Shown here: positions 7,176 to 15,909 of the stretch, piece by piece
How the letters are laid out: each line of letters starts with the position of its first letter
Position numbering within the stretch: the first letter of the stretch is position 1
Virus record (IMG/VR): IMGVR_UViG_3300037420_000606
Span: 1-30,958 of that record
Source: a virus
Lineage: Duplodnaviria > Caudoviricetes
Reading direction: 5' to 3' (one strand)
DNA: 30,958 bases
Made by a program: the position numbers and the translations under genes
Notes under the pieces: generated by a model
Seen by the model: only the letters and a program-made list of their open reading frames with translations
Database searches by the model: none
What the model was told of the DNA's origin: nothing

Positions 7176-8764
7176 AAAGAATCCTCTTTCTGATCGCATT
7201 GCTCTTCGCCTCGCCGGCCTTTGCCGTCGAGATCAATGGTGATACAGGGTTCAGCAACGCCGGCTACTGGATGGGCATGACGCCGAATAACTGGGCGGTT
7301 GGTGGGGGTGTCCTTACCGGAACCAACGTCACGGCATGGGAGACGATCTCGCACGTCTCGACCGCGATCAAGAAAGGCCACACCTATCAGGTGAGCTTCA
7401 GCGTTCCGTCGCGAACCGCAGGCAGCGTGCAGCCCTATGTTGGCCTGTCCATGATGCACACCGCGACGGGCGCCAATATCAACTACCCGAGCAGCTCGAT
7501 CGCCGACAACTTCACCACGGCCTCTGGGCTTGTCAGCTCGGCGATCCCTGGAGCGAGCGACGATCCTGTGGGCGCCTTCCGGATGTTCTGCGGTGCAGGG
7601 CCGGTGCGGCCTGACGACCCGCTCGTTTATGCCAACCAGTCTGGGGCGTCACACTTCCACCAATTCTACGGCAATACCGGAACGAACGCCAAGACGACCT
7701 ACACGTCGCTGCGCACATCTGGAGGCACCACCTGTGGCAACGGCTCGGACCAGACCCATCCGATCAACCGCTCGGCCTACTGGTTTCCGGCAATGCTCGA
7801 TGGTGTCGGCAATGTCGTTCGGCCCGATACGATCAACCTCTATTACAAGCGCGATCCAGCCTCTAGCACCCAATGTACGCTCAGCGAACCACTACGCACC
7901 GCTGACAGCTGCGTTGCGATCCCCGACAACTTCCGCTTCATCTCTGGATATAATTTCTCGACAGGGCTTGGCGGGCCGGTCGATAATCCGGCGATGCACT
8001 GGGAGTGCTGGGATTGGTCTGGAACGCTCGTCATTTACGGACCCTATTCCCATCTTTACGATATCCAGCCGGGCGGATCGGGGCACAATTGCCCACTCGA
8101 CAGTGTGGTTGCAATGAACGCGGCAATGGCAAATTGCTGGGACGGCACGCACCTCGATGTGCCGAACCATCGCGATCATGTTGTCTATGGACTGGGACCG
8201 ATCCAAGCTGGGCAGTTCTTCCGCTCATGCGTCGGGGCCGGCTCGACCGCGGGACACCCGATCGAGATCACCAACATCGAGGTCCAGCTCTACTTCCGTG
8301 TAGATCAGGCGTTCGTGGACAAGAAATGGCACTGGGCATCGGATGAGATGGTGTCCGGAGCCGAGAAGGGATCGACCTTCCACTTTGATTATTGGAAGGG
8401 CTGGTCGCCGACTGCCTATGCAACGCTCGAGACCAATTGTGAGGATGGCCATCTCAGCTGTACTGCGGGATCTCTTGGCGACGGCACGGCGATCAAGCGC
8501 GGCGCGGAGACAGCCCCTACGGGCGTCGGCAATCCCGGTGCTCCAGACAGCAACCCGCGCCATCCATCGCGCTACCTACCGACTGCTAAGCTAGGACTGG
8601 GCAAGGGTTGCACGACAGGGACATGCACCTATGAACTGACCGCAACCGGGGACACCGGAGAGTTCGGGCTGATGAGCTGGGATGGCTTCAGCGGGACGGT
8701 CGATAATTTCTCAGTGCAGGAGATCACTACCGGCCGTCACGGCCCAGTAACAGTTCACAACTAG
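7172..8764 (+). CDS. Secreted DUF1996-family protein with flanking jelly-roll/CBM-like segments
   Basis: Sec signal MKRILFLIALLFASPAFA; DUF1996 motifs DDPLVY..Q.G.SHFHQFYGN, NRSAYWFP, NCWDG..LD..NHRDHV.Y, HFDYW.GW. Confidence 0.85.
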   Translation: MKRILFLIALLFASPAFAVEINGDTGFSNAGYWMGMTPNNWAVGGGVLTGTNVTAWETISHVSTAIKKGHTYQVSFSVPSRTAGSVQPYVGLSMMHTATGANINYPSSSIADNFTTASGLVSSAIPGASDDPVGAFRMFCGAGPVRPDDPLVYANQSGASHFHQFYGNTGTNAKTTYTSLRTSGGTTCGNGSDQTHPINRSAYWFPAMLDGVGNVVRPDTINLYYKRDPASSTQCTLSEPLRTADSCVAIPDNFRFISGYNFSTGLGGPVDNPAMHWECWDWSGTLVIYGPYSHLYDIQPGGSGHNCPLDSVVAMNAAMANCWDGTHLDVPNHRDHVVYGLGPIQAGQFFRSCVGAGSTAGHPIEITNIEVQLYFRVDQAFVDKKWHWASDEMVSGAEKGSTFHFDYWKGWSPTAYATLETNCEDGHLSCTAGSLGDGTAIKRGAETAPTGVGNPGAPDSNPRHPSRYLPTAKLGLGKGCTTGTCTYELTATGDTGEFGLMSWDGFSGTVDNFSVQEITTGRHGPVTVHN

Positions 8765-9663
8765 GCAGCGAACTTCGCGACCAGTGCCTCACCCTGGTTG
8801 CCCGCATCGTGAAGCTTCGCCAGATGGGCGCCGATCAGGTTTATACCGGGTAGTTTTGAACTGATCCGCTGGGGCACTTTGTAACGCCGCCTGAGATGCA
8901 GTTGCAGGGAGTGAGCGATGCCTGCCGGAAGAGAGACGGTGCCAACGTCGATGGTGGATAGCCCGGCGTTGGCGGCGGCTTTCACAAGACTCTTTTCCGA
9001 GAATTGATGAAGGTGGATTGGAAGATCCACGCTGTGCCAATCAGCACCCAGCTTGAGAGCGAAAGGTGAGTCTGCGTTCGGCACCATGATTTTCATGAGG
9101 CCGCCATCTGTAAGCAGTGATCGAAGCTTCGTCAGCGTTCCAACCGGATCTGGCACATGCTCAAGCACATGATGTGACGTAATGATGTCGAAGCGCTCTT
9201 CGCCATGTTCGCTCAGGAAGTCCTCTAGCGTACCCTCGAAAACGGGAATGCCTTGTCCTCGCGCAATAGCTGCTCCGTGCTGACTGGGCTCGATTCCCTG
9301 AACCATTGCCCCGAGCTGGCGGCATAGATTGAGAAAGTAGCCACCACCACAGCCGAGGTCGAGCACACGCTTTCCTTCGGGCAGAGGAATGCCGTCGAGA
9401 TTGCCAGCAGACATTGCCTTGGCGATCACGGTTGCGTCATCTGCTTCAGCGGCGTGACGCTCGTCATAGGCTTCGTAAGCTGAATCATAGAAGGCGTTGA
9501 GATCTTCCGCGCTCGGCCGCGGGTTTACGAAGCCATGCCGGCAGGAAAGGCACTCGAACACTGGCCACGCCTTGCCATCGGCAGGGTTGCGATTGCTGAA
9601 TCCAGTAAAGCGCAGCCGGATTGAACCAGAGGCGCACACAGGGCACGAATGAAACATCGTCAC
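8761..9663 (-). CDS. Class I SAM-dependent methyltransferase with N-terminal Zn-ribbon (type common in polysaccharide biosynthesis loci)
   Basis: CPVC...CLSC; VLDLGCGGG; FDIITSHHVLEHVPDP; MVPN; PIHLHQFS. Confidence 0.9.
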   Translation of the reverse strand: MTMFHSCPVCASGSIRLRFTGFSNRNPADGKAWPVFECLSCRHGFVNPRPSAEDLNAFYDSAYEAYDERHAAEADDATVIAKAMSAGNLDGIPLPEGKRVLDLGCGGGYFLNLCRQLGAMVQGIEPSQHGAAIARGQGIPVFEGTLEDFLSEHGEERFDIITSHHVLEHVPDPVGTLTKLRSLLTDGGLMKIMVPNADSPFALKLGADWHSVDLPIHLHQFSEKSLVKAAANAGLSTIDVGTVSLPAGIAHSLQLHLRRRYKVPQRISSKLPGINLIGAHLAKLHDAGNQGEALVAKFAA

Positions 9664-9734
9664 AGTCCTTTGCTAACCGCGCAGAGGCACACAAACCAAT
9701 AACGTATCGCAGCGATAACAGGAAGTAAACGGAC

Positions 9735-9989
9735 ATGAGCGCAGTCGCTTCAGGAACTTCCAGCGTTCGCCTTCTCTCTGCGAGAGCCGGCAGAACCGGC
9801 TTCGTGATCGAGAACACAGACGCCAATCGTCTCCATGTGCTGCTCGGATCAGGCGCGGCGGATACAACAAACTCTTACAGTTTCAGCCTGGCCCAAAACG
9901 AGACATCGGCGCTCCTGACATACAACGGCGACGTGTTCGGCATCTGGGCCGCTGATGGTTCTGGTTACGCTCTCGTAACTGAATGGTGA
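9735..9989 (+). CDS. Small beta-rich hypothetical protein, probably virion-associated
   Basis: AGGAAG SD; S..LL.A...R.GF.I.N....L.V.LG...Y.G.V.GIW...G.A.VTE pattern resembling phage structural-region proteins. Confidence 0.65.
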   Translation: MSAVASGTSSVRLLSARAGRTGFVIENTDANRLHVLLGSGAADTTNSYSFSLAQNETSALLTYNGDVFGIWAADGSGYALVTEW

Positions 9990-10003
9990 GGAGGCAACAT
10001 GTG

Positions 10004-10123
10004 ATGAGCGACAAATCCAAACGCCAGCTTCCTCACATACCCTCATCAGCTGACGAACAGCGCATCAGAGCCGCTCGCCAGGCAATGCTCAATGCCATGC
10101 TCAAGGATGCGATAGATGGCTGA
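10004..10123 (+). CDS. Small hypothetical protein (39 aa; not in ORF track)
   Basis: GAGGAGG SD; MSDKSKRQLPHIPSSADEQRIRAARQAMLNAMLKDAIDG*; overlaps the terS start. Confidence 0.5.
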   Translation: MSDKSKRQLPHIPSSADEQRIRAARQAMLNAMLKDAIDG

Positions 10124-10601
10124 GCGCGACTTCGCCGATGACATCGTAGAAGAACTTCTCGATAGAGTTTCCAAAGGCGAACAACTCGTCAAGCTCTGTG
10201 CCGATGTGAGAATGCCCGCGAGATCGACGGTCTATTCGTGGATTGATTGTGATCCTGACTTCGCTGGACAGTTCCGTGCGGCGCGTGCGCGAGGTGTTCA
10301 CGCTCTGGCAGAGCAATGTCTTGAGATCGCCGACGAGCCGGTGAGCAAGGATGACAGCGTTGCGGTCGCCAACAAGCGCGTTCGGATCGACACACGTCTG
10401 AGGCTGGCGGGCAAATGGCTGGCCGCCGAATATGGCGACAAGCTCGACGTGAACTACAATGCGGAGATCGCGCATCGGCATGACCTTAGCGGCTACAGCT
10501 CCGATGAACTCGACACGCTTGAAAAGCTTGTCGCAAAGAGTTCCGACGCTTCGGGAGATACAGGCAGAGCGGGCGCGGAGAAGCCTGGGAGCGTTCACTA
10601 G
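10116..10601 (+). CDS. terS: Terminase small subunit (Sf6-like)
   Basis: GEQL.KLC.D.RMP.RSTVY.W...DF..Q...AR..G...LAE..LEIAD...RVRIDTR...A.K....YGDK. Confidence 0.9.
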   Translation: MAERDFADDIVEELLDRVSKGEQLVKLCADVRMPARSTVYSWIDCDPDFAGQFRAARARGVHALAEQCLEIADEPVSKDDSVAVANKRVRIDTRLRLAGKWLAAEYGDKLDVNYNAEIAHRHDLSGYSSDELDTLEKLVAKSSDASGDTGRAGAEKPGSVH

Positions 10602-11946
10602 CTACACCGAGCCTGCTTATGAACTGGCTGGGCATCAGGCGAAGCTAGATAGTGCTCTGGAGGCCGTTGAGCGCGGTGAGATAGACCGTCTCATGGTGTT
10701 CATGCCTCCGCGCCACGGCAAGAGCGAAAAGACGAGCAAGCGTTTCCCGGCATGGTATCTCGGGCGGAATCCCAAGCGGCAGATCATCGCGTCGAGCTAC
10801 AACAGCGATTTGGCTACGGATTTCGGGCGCGAGGTCAGGAACATCATGGCTTCGCCTGAATATGGCGAGGTATTCAATCACGTTGGCCTAAGGCAGGATA
10901 GCCGCGCGGCCGACCGAATGAACACGGATCAAGGCGGCGCATACTTCGCCTGCGGCGTGGGCACTGCAACGACTGGCCGCGGCGCGCACCTTGGATTGAT
11001 CGACGACCCGTTCAAAGATCGTGAGGACGCGGACAGCGAGATCCAGCGGGAAAAGGTCTGGCGCTGGTATCGGTCAACCTTCTTCACGCGATTAATGCCC
11101 GGTGGGGCAATTGTGCTGGTTCAGACGCGCTGGCACGAAGACGATCTAGCCGGACGGTTATTGGAGTTGCAGGGCCGCAAGGATGAGGGCGGCGAGTGGA
11201 CCGTGCTCGATCTGCCAGCCCTGGATGAACAGGGCCAGGCGTTGTGGCCGGAATGGTACGACGAAACGGCTCTGGAGCGGATCAAGGCTACGATCGGTCC
11301 ACGCGAATGGTCGGCACTGTATCAGCAGAGACCACAACCGGACGAAGGCACGTTCTTTCAGCGCGAGTGGTTCAAGGAATGGGAGAAGAAGCCAACTCTC
11401 CGCTATTACGGGACCAGTGATTACGCCGTCACGGATGGCGGCGGCGACTTCACGGTCCACAGAGTGTGGGGCATCGATCCCGAAGGCTGCATCTATCGCG
11501 TTGATGGATGGCGCGGTCAGGCAACCTCTGACGTATGGATCGAAGAGAAGCTGAATCTCGTCGATAAGTACAAACCACTGGCTTGGTTCGGCGAGGGCGG
11601 AGTTATCCAGAAGGCAGTTGAACCAGCGCTGATGCGCAGGATGCGTGAGCGCAAGAGCTTCTGTCGGTTAGTGTGGCTGCCCAGTGTGCATGACAAACCG
11701 ACACGGGCGCGGAGCTTCCAGGCAATGGCGGCAAGTGGGCGAGTGTATTTCGAGAAGGGCGCGGACATCAGTGAGTTCCTCGCATTCCCCGCCGGCAAGC
11801 ATGACGACGATGTGGATACCGCTTCACTGATCGGACGGGCTCTGGATCAGGCGCATCCGGCGATCATCCACCCGCAAGTGCCACCGAAGAATCCCCCCGA
11901 TCTGTGGGGCCGCAGGAAGGAGGGCGAGTCATGGAAGGTGGTGTGA
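10480..11946 (+). CDS. terL: Terminase large subunit
   Basis: Walker A MPPRHGKS, TGRGAH, Walker B LIDDP, QTRWHEDD, LYQQRP, nuclease KHDDDVD. Start uncertain (10459/10480/10504). Confidence 0.95.
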   Translation: MTLAATAPMNSTRLKSLSQRVPTLREIQAERARRSLGAFTSYTEPAYELAGHQAKLDSALEAVERGEIDRLMVFMPPRHGKSEKTSKRFPAWYLGRNPKRQIIASSYNSDLATDFGREVRNIMASPEYGEVFNHVGLRQDSRAADRMNTDQGGAYFACGVGTATTGRGAHLGLIDDPFKDREDADSEIQREKVWRWYRSTFFTRLMPGGAIVLVQTRWHEDDLAGRLLELQGRKDEGGEWTVLDLPALDEQGQALWPEWYDETALERIKATIGPREWSALYQQRPQPDEGTFFQREWFKEWEKKPTLRYYGTSDYAVTDGGGDFTVHRVWGIDPEGCIYRVDGWRGQATSDVWIEEKLNLVDKYKPLAWFGEGGVIQKAVEPALMRRMRERKSFCRLVWLPSVHDKPTRARSFQAMAASGRVYFEKGADISEFLAFPAGKHDDDVDTASLIGRALDQAHPAIIHPQVPPKNPPDLWGRRKEGESWKVV

Positions 11947-13760
11947 CCCTCGCCGACTATAAGAAGATGTTCGCGGATGCCCGTGACCTGCTGGCTGAGA
12001 ACCGCAAAGAGCAGCAGATCGATGACGATTATTACCACGGCTATCAGCTCACTCCCGAAGAGCGCAGAGTACTCCAGAAGCGCAAGCAGCCGGACACGGT
12101 ATTCAACCGCTACAGGAAGAGCATCAACGGCACGCTTGGGGTATTGCAGGGCGGCGAGACCGATCCCCGAGCCTATGGCCGCAATCCAGGCGTGGATGAG
12201 GACGCGGCCGATGTGGTGTCGAAGACGCTGCGGTTTGTTGCCGACCTCAACGACTTCCACGAACTGAGACTGCGCTGCGCCTACGATTATCTAGTTCCGG
12301 GCACCTGTGCTGCTTTGGTTGAGGTAGGAGAGGACAATAGACCCAAGCTCACCCAGATTCGCTGGGAGGAGTTCTTTCACGATCCCCGCTCGAGGATGTG
12401 GGACTTCTCCGATGCCCGTTACATGGGTGTGGCGAAGTGGATGTATGCCGACGACCTGACCCGGATGTATCCGGACAAGGCGAAGGATATCGAGGACGCT
12501 TTAGGCTCAACTGGGCCAATCACGATTGATGACACGTTCGGCGACAGGCCGAGGGACAGTCTATCTAACTGGATCGATGCCCGCAAAAGACGGCTGATGG
12601 TAGTCGAAATCTACCACCGCGAGGGTCAGGGCTGGCTGAGATGCGTATTCCATGCCGGTGGAGTATTGGAAGCAGCGCCAAGTCCCTACGTTGACCAGAA
12701 GAAACAGCCCGAATGCGCGATCGTCGCCCAGTCCTGTTATGTGGACCGCGAGAACAACCGGATGGGCGTCGGACGGGATCTGAGAACGCCGCAGGATGAG
12801 TTCAACAAGCGCAGGTCGAAGCTCCTCCACGAGACCAGCAACCGCCAGATGCAGGCCATGCCCAACGAGATGGGGCAGATGGCGCTGGCGACCGATGCCG
12901 ATACGGTACGGCAGGAGGCTGCCAGACCTGACGGAATCATTCCTCCGGGCTGGATGCCGGTCCAGCGGGCGGATATTTTCACCGGTCAGGTCAATCTGCT
13001 GCAGATGGCCGAAGCCGAACTGGACCGGCAGGGACCGAACCCGGCTATCTTGGCAAGGTCGGCATCTTCGGCTTCGGGACGGTCGAAACAAGTAGACCAG
13101 CAGGCAGGACTGACTGAAGACGCGGTTGTCTACAAGGGCATCCATGCGTGGGAAATGCGCATGTACCGCGCGATGTGGAACCGCTGCCGGCAATATTGGA
13201 CGGCACCTGATTACATCCGGGTCACGGATGATCTGAAGTCACCGCAGTTCATCGGCATCAACCAACCCCAGACGGGAACGCAGATCGGCCGGAACCCGCA
13301 GACTGGGATGCCGGAGATCCAGCAGGTTGTATTGGGTTATGAAAACCAGCTGGCCGAACTGGATGTGGATATCGTTCTTGACGTGGTTCCGGACACCGCT
13401 GCTCTTGCCGACGAGCAGTTCCAGTCCCTGACCGAATTGGCGAAGATGTACGGCCCGCAGGAAGTGCCGTTCGATGATCTTCTTGAGGTGTCGAGCATCC
13501 CCAACAAGCGGGAGCTGATCGAGAAGCGCAAGGCACGGGCCGAGGAAGCCGCTCAGCAGGGCGGGCAGGGCCAGCAGATCCAGATGGCCGGCCTCACTGC
13601 CGAGCTCAGGGAGAAAGCGGCCTCTGCCTCGCTCAAGGAAGCGCAGACCGTCAAAACACAGGCCGAGACGCAGAAGCTTGGCGTCGAGACCCAGAACGAA
13701 GCTGTGAGACCGCATCTGGAGGCCGTTCAATCGGGCTTTCAGGCGGGCCAGCGGGGATAG
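11931..13760 (+). CDS. Portal protein (P22 gp1-like)
   Basis: Follows terL; YYHGYQ, FHDPRSR..DFSDARY, QDEFNKRRSK, SGR, IRVT, coiled-coil C-terminal barrel. Start at 11931 or 11943. Confidence 0.9.
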   Translation: MEGGVTLADYKKMFADARDLLAENRKEQQIDDDYYHGYQLTPEERRVLQKRKQPDTVFNRYRKSINGTLGVLQGGETDPRAYGRNPGVDEDAADVVSKTLRFVADLNDFHELRLRCAYDYLVPGTCAALVEVGEDNRPKLTQIRWEEFFHDPRSRMWDFSDARYMGVAKWMYADDLTRMYPDKAKDIEDALGSTGPITIDDTFGDRPRDSLSNWIDARKRRLMVVEIYHREGQGWLRCVFHAGGVLEAAPSPYVDQKKQPECAIVAQSCYVDRENNRMGVGRDLRTPQDEFNKRRSKLLHETSNRQMQAMPNEMGQMALATDADTVRQEAARPDGIIPPGWMPVQRADIFTGQVNLLQMAEAELDRQGPNPAILARSASSASGRSKQVDQQAGLTEDAVVYKGIHAWEMRMYRAMWNRCRQYWTAPDYIRVTDDLKSPQFIGINQPQTGTQIGRNPQTGMPEIQQVVLGYENQLAELDVDIVLDVVPDTAALADEQFQSLTELAKMYGPQEVPFDDLLEVSSIPNKRELIEKRKARAEEAAQQGGQGQQIQMAGLTAELREKAASASLKEAQTVKTQAETQKLGVETQNEAVRPHLEAVQSGFQAGQRG

Positions 13761-13856
13761 GGGCCGCCTCCCTCAAAGGGCGTATCAGGCTAGACTGCAT
13801 CTAGCACCCGCCGCCGGGGTTCGGGCGCATCGTCACTGCGACGTCAAGCAGAGGGA
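13759..13856 (+). promoter_or_regulatory. Structured scaffold-gene leader with three tandem pseudoknot-like elements
   Basis: Three stem/loop/linker/loop-complement units, the last abutting the SD GAGGGA (see findings). Confidence 0.5.
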
Positions 13857-13861
13857 TAGTC

Positions 13862-14617
13862 ATGGACAAGCTGGAGTTTTTGGACGGCGCAGAAGCGCCG
13901 AATGAGGAAGTCGTGTCTGAAGCACCGGAAGCCGCTCCGGCGGAAGTCGCTGCCGAGGAAAAGCCGGAACGTCCGAGAGGACCGGACGGCAAGTTCGCGC
14001 CGAAGGAGAAGGTTGAGGCTCCCGTCTCTCCAACTCCAGAGCCTGAACCCGTACAGGAACAGCCGATGGTGCCGCTCGCGGCGCTGCACGAGACCCGGGA
14101 CAAGGTCAGAGACCTTGAAGCCCGTCTCGCGGCTCTACAGCCCAAGCAGGAGGCTCCTCAACCCACTATCGGCCCGGCTCCCGACATGTTCGAGGATCCG
14201 GACGCCTATCAGGCATGGTCACAACAGCAGATCGTCAATGCCACCCTCAACCTCTCGGAAGAGATCACGAGGGAGAAGTATGGCGATGAACTGGTGGACG
14301 CAGCCAAGACGTGGGCCACAGAACAGTTCCAGACCCGCCCCGGCTTCGCCCAGGAAGTGATGAGCCAGCGCAATCCCTACGGCTATGCCGTCAAGCAGTA
14401 CCAGAAGCAGCAATCGCTCTCCCAGCTGGGAGACGATCCGACAGAGATTCAAGCCTACCTCGCCTGGAAACAGGCCCAGCAGGCTCAGCCGGCGGCTCCG
14501 GCCGTCACACCCCCACCTCAACGCCCTCCACAATCGATCGCCTCTGCACCTTCAGCCGGAGGATTGCAGGCTCAGGCGGTCGGGCCGGGAGTGGCGTTCG
14601 ATTCAATCATAAGGTAA
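13862..14617 (+). CDS. Capsid scaffolding protein
   Basis: Between portal and capsid; acidic/Pro-rich N-term, RGPDGKF, VPLAAL.E.R.K coiled coil, PD.FEDP, C-term P.S.A.APS. Confidence 0.85.
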   Translation: MDKLEFLDGAEAPNEEVVSEAPEAAPAEVAAEEKPERPRGPDGKFAPKEKVEAPVSPTPEPEPVQEQPMVPLAALHETRDKVRDLEARLAALQPKQEAPQPTIGPAPDMFEDPDAYQAWSQQQIVNATLNLSEEITREKYGDELVDAAKTWATEQFQTRPGFAQEVMSQRNPYGYAVKQYQKQQSLSQLGDDPTEIQAYLAWKQAQQAQPAAPAVTPPPQRPPQSIASAPSAGGLQAQAVGPGVAFDSIIR

Positions 14618-14623
14618 TTCGAA

Positions 14624-15733
14624 ATGGCTGAAGTCACCCTCGCATCTGCCTCTGAAAAGCAGAAGTGGATCAGCGACTATTTCGCTGAATATGTTCGGCA
14701 GTCCGGTTTTTCCGGATATATGGGCCGGTCCAACAACTCGATCATCATTGCCAAATACGAGCTTCAGGAAGAGGCCGGCAAGACGATCAACATTCCGCTC
14801 ATCACGCGGCTGAAGTCGGCAACCGGCATTACCGGTTCCGGCGTTCTCGACGGCAATGAGGAAGAGCTCGGCAACTACAATTGCGCGATCTCGATCGACT
14901 GGCGCCGCAACGGCGTCCGTGTTCCGAAATCGACCAGCTTCAAGACCGAGATCGACCTTCTCAACGCCGCTCGCGACATGCTGCGCACGTGGGAAGCCGA
15001 GAAGATCCGCGACGATATCATCACGGCGATGATGTCGGTGGTCACGACCGCTGACACGACTGTCACGATGGCGGCTTCGTCGGCGGCCAACCGCAACGCT
15101 TATGCACTGGCCAATGTGGATCGCCTGCTCTTCGGCGCCACCCTGTCGAACTATTCGGCAACGTGGGCAACGGCGATGGGCAACATCGACACGACCGCTG
15201 ACAAGTTCGATGTCGGCAAGGCCAGTCTGATGAAGCGTATCGCCAAGCTCGCAGACCCCCATATCCGGCCCTTCCGGTCGAAGGTTGGGCAGGAGTTTTT
15301 CGTGGCGTTCCACGGGGCGCGGACGTTCCGCGACCTGAAGGCGGACACCACGCTCCTGGCAGCCAACCGCGATGCGCGGCCTCGTGATGTCGAAGAGAAC
15401 CCGATCTTCCAGGACGGCGATCTCATCTATGACGGCATCATCCACCGCGAGGTGCCGGAAATCGATGTCGTCGCAGCCAATGGCGGCAATGCCTACACCC
15501 TGAACGCAGTTGGCGCGGCATCGGCGGATGTCCGTCCGGTGTTCCTCTGCGGAGCGCAGGCTGTGGGTATCGCCTGGGGCCAGGAGCCAACCCCGAGAAC
15601 CGACACCAACAAGGACTATCAGTTCCGTCCCGGTGTCGCGATCGAGGAGCTATTGGGCGTCAAGAAACTGGCGTTCAACGGTCTCCAGCAGGGCATGGTC
15701 AGCGGCTTCTTCGCTGCCGCCGCCGATTCATAA
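14624..15733 (+). CDS. Major capsid protein (DUF4043/N4-gp56-like, HK97 fold)
   Basis: 369 aa after the scaffold; G.TI.IPL...L...G.TG...L.GNEE.L, NPIF..G...YDGII.RE, FLCGAQA...AW, DY....GV. Confidence 0.9.
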   Translation: MAEVTLASASEKQKWISDYFAEYVRQSGFSGYMGRSNNSIIIAKYELQEEAGKTINIPLITRLKSATGITGSGVLDGNEEELGNYNCAISIDWRRNGVRVPKSTSFKTEIDLLNAARDMLRTWEAEKIRDDIITAMMSVVTTADTTVTMAASSAANRNAYALANVDRLLFGATLSNYSATWATAMGNIDTTADKFDVGKASLMKRIAKLADPHIRPFRSKVGQEFFVAFHGARTFRDLKADTTLLAANRDARPRDVEENPIFQDGDLIYDGIIHREVPEIDVVAANGGNAYTLNAVGAASADVRPVFLCGAQAVGIAWGQEPTPRTDTNKDYQFRPGVAIEELLGVKKLAFNGLQQGMVSGFFAAAADS

Positions 15734-15744
15734 GGAGATGGATA

Positions 15745-15858
15745 ATGCCTGAGATTGGCTCCGGCGATCCGAGCGACCCGCTGTTTCAGCAGGCGCTCGG
15801 CTTCACTCCCAAGGCTAAACCGAAGGCCAAGAAAAAGGCCAAGGGAAAGCGCAAATAA
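15745..15858 (+). CDS. Small Lys-rich protein (37 aa; not in ORF track)
   Basis: AAGGAG SD; MPEIGSGDPSDPLFQQALGFTPKAKPKAKKKAKGKRK*. Confidence 0.65.
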   Translation: MPEIGSGDPSDPLFQQALGFTPKAKPKAKKKAKGKRK

Positions 15859-15867
15859 CCATCAACG

Positions 15868-15898
15868 AGTGAGCGGCCCTTCGGGGCCGTTCGCTTTT
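15868..15898 (+). terminator. Intrinsic terminator after the capsid genes
   Basis: AGTGAGCGGCCC-TTCG-GGGCCGTTCGCT then TTT. Confidence 0.8.
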
Positions 15899-15909
15899 GG
15901 AGATACGAA

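Noticed and set aside
8761-9663. DNA methyltransferase / restriction-modification component
   Set aside because: Lacks DNA MTase catalytic motifs; the HVLEH and Zn-ribbon pattern indicates a small-molecule or glycan MTase
9999-10004. ATG-TGA minigene behind a strong SD
   Set aside because: Spacing is only 4 nt; the in-frame GTG/ATG at 10001/10004 of a 39-40 aa ORF fits the SD better
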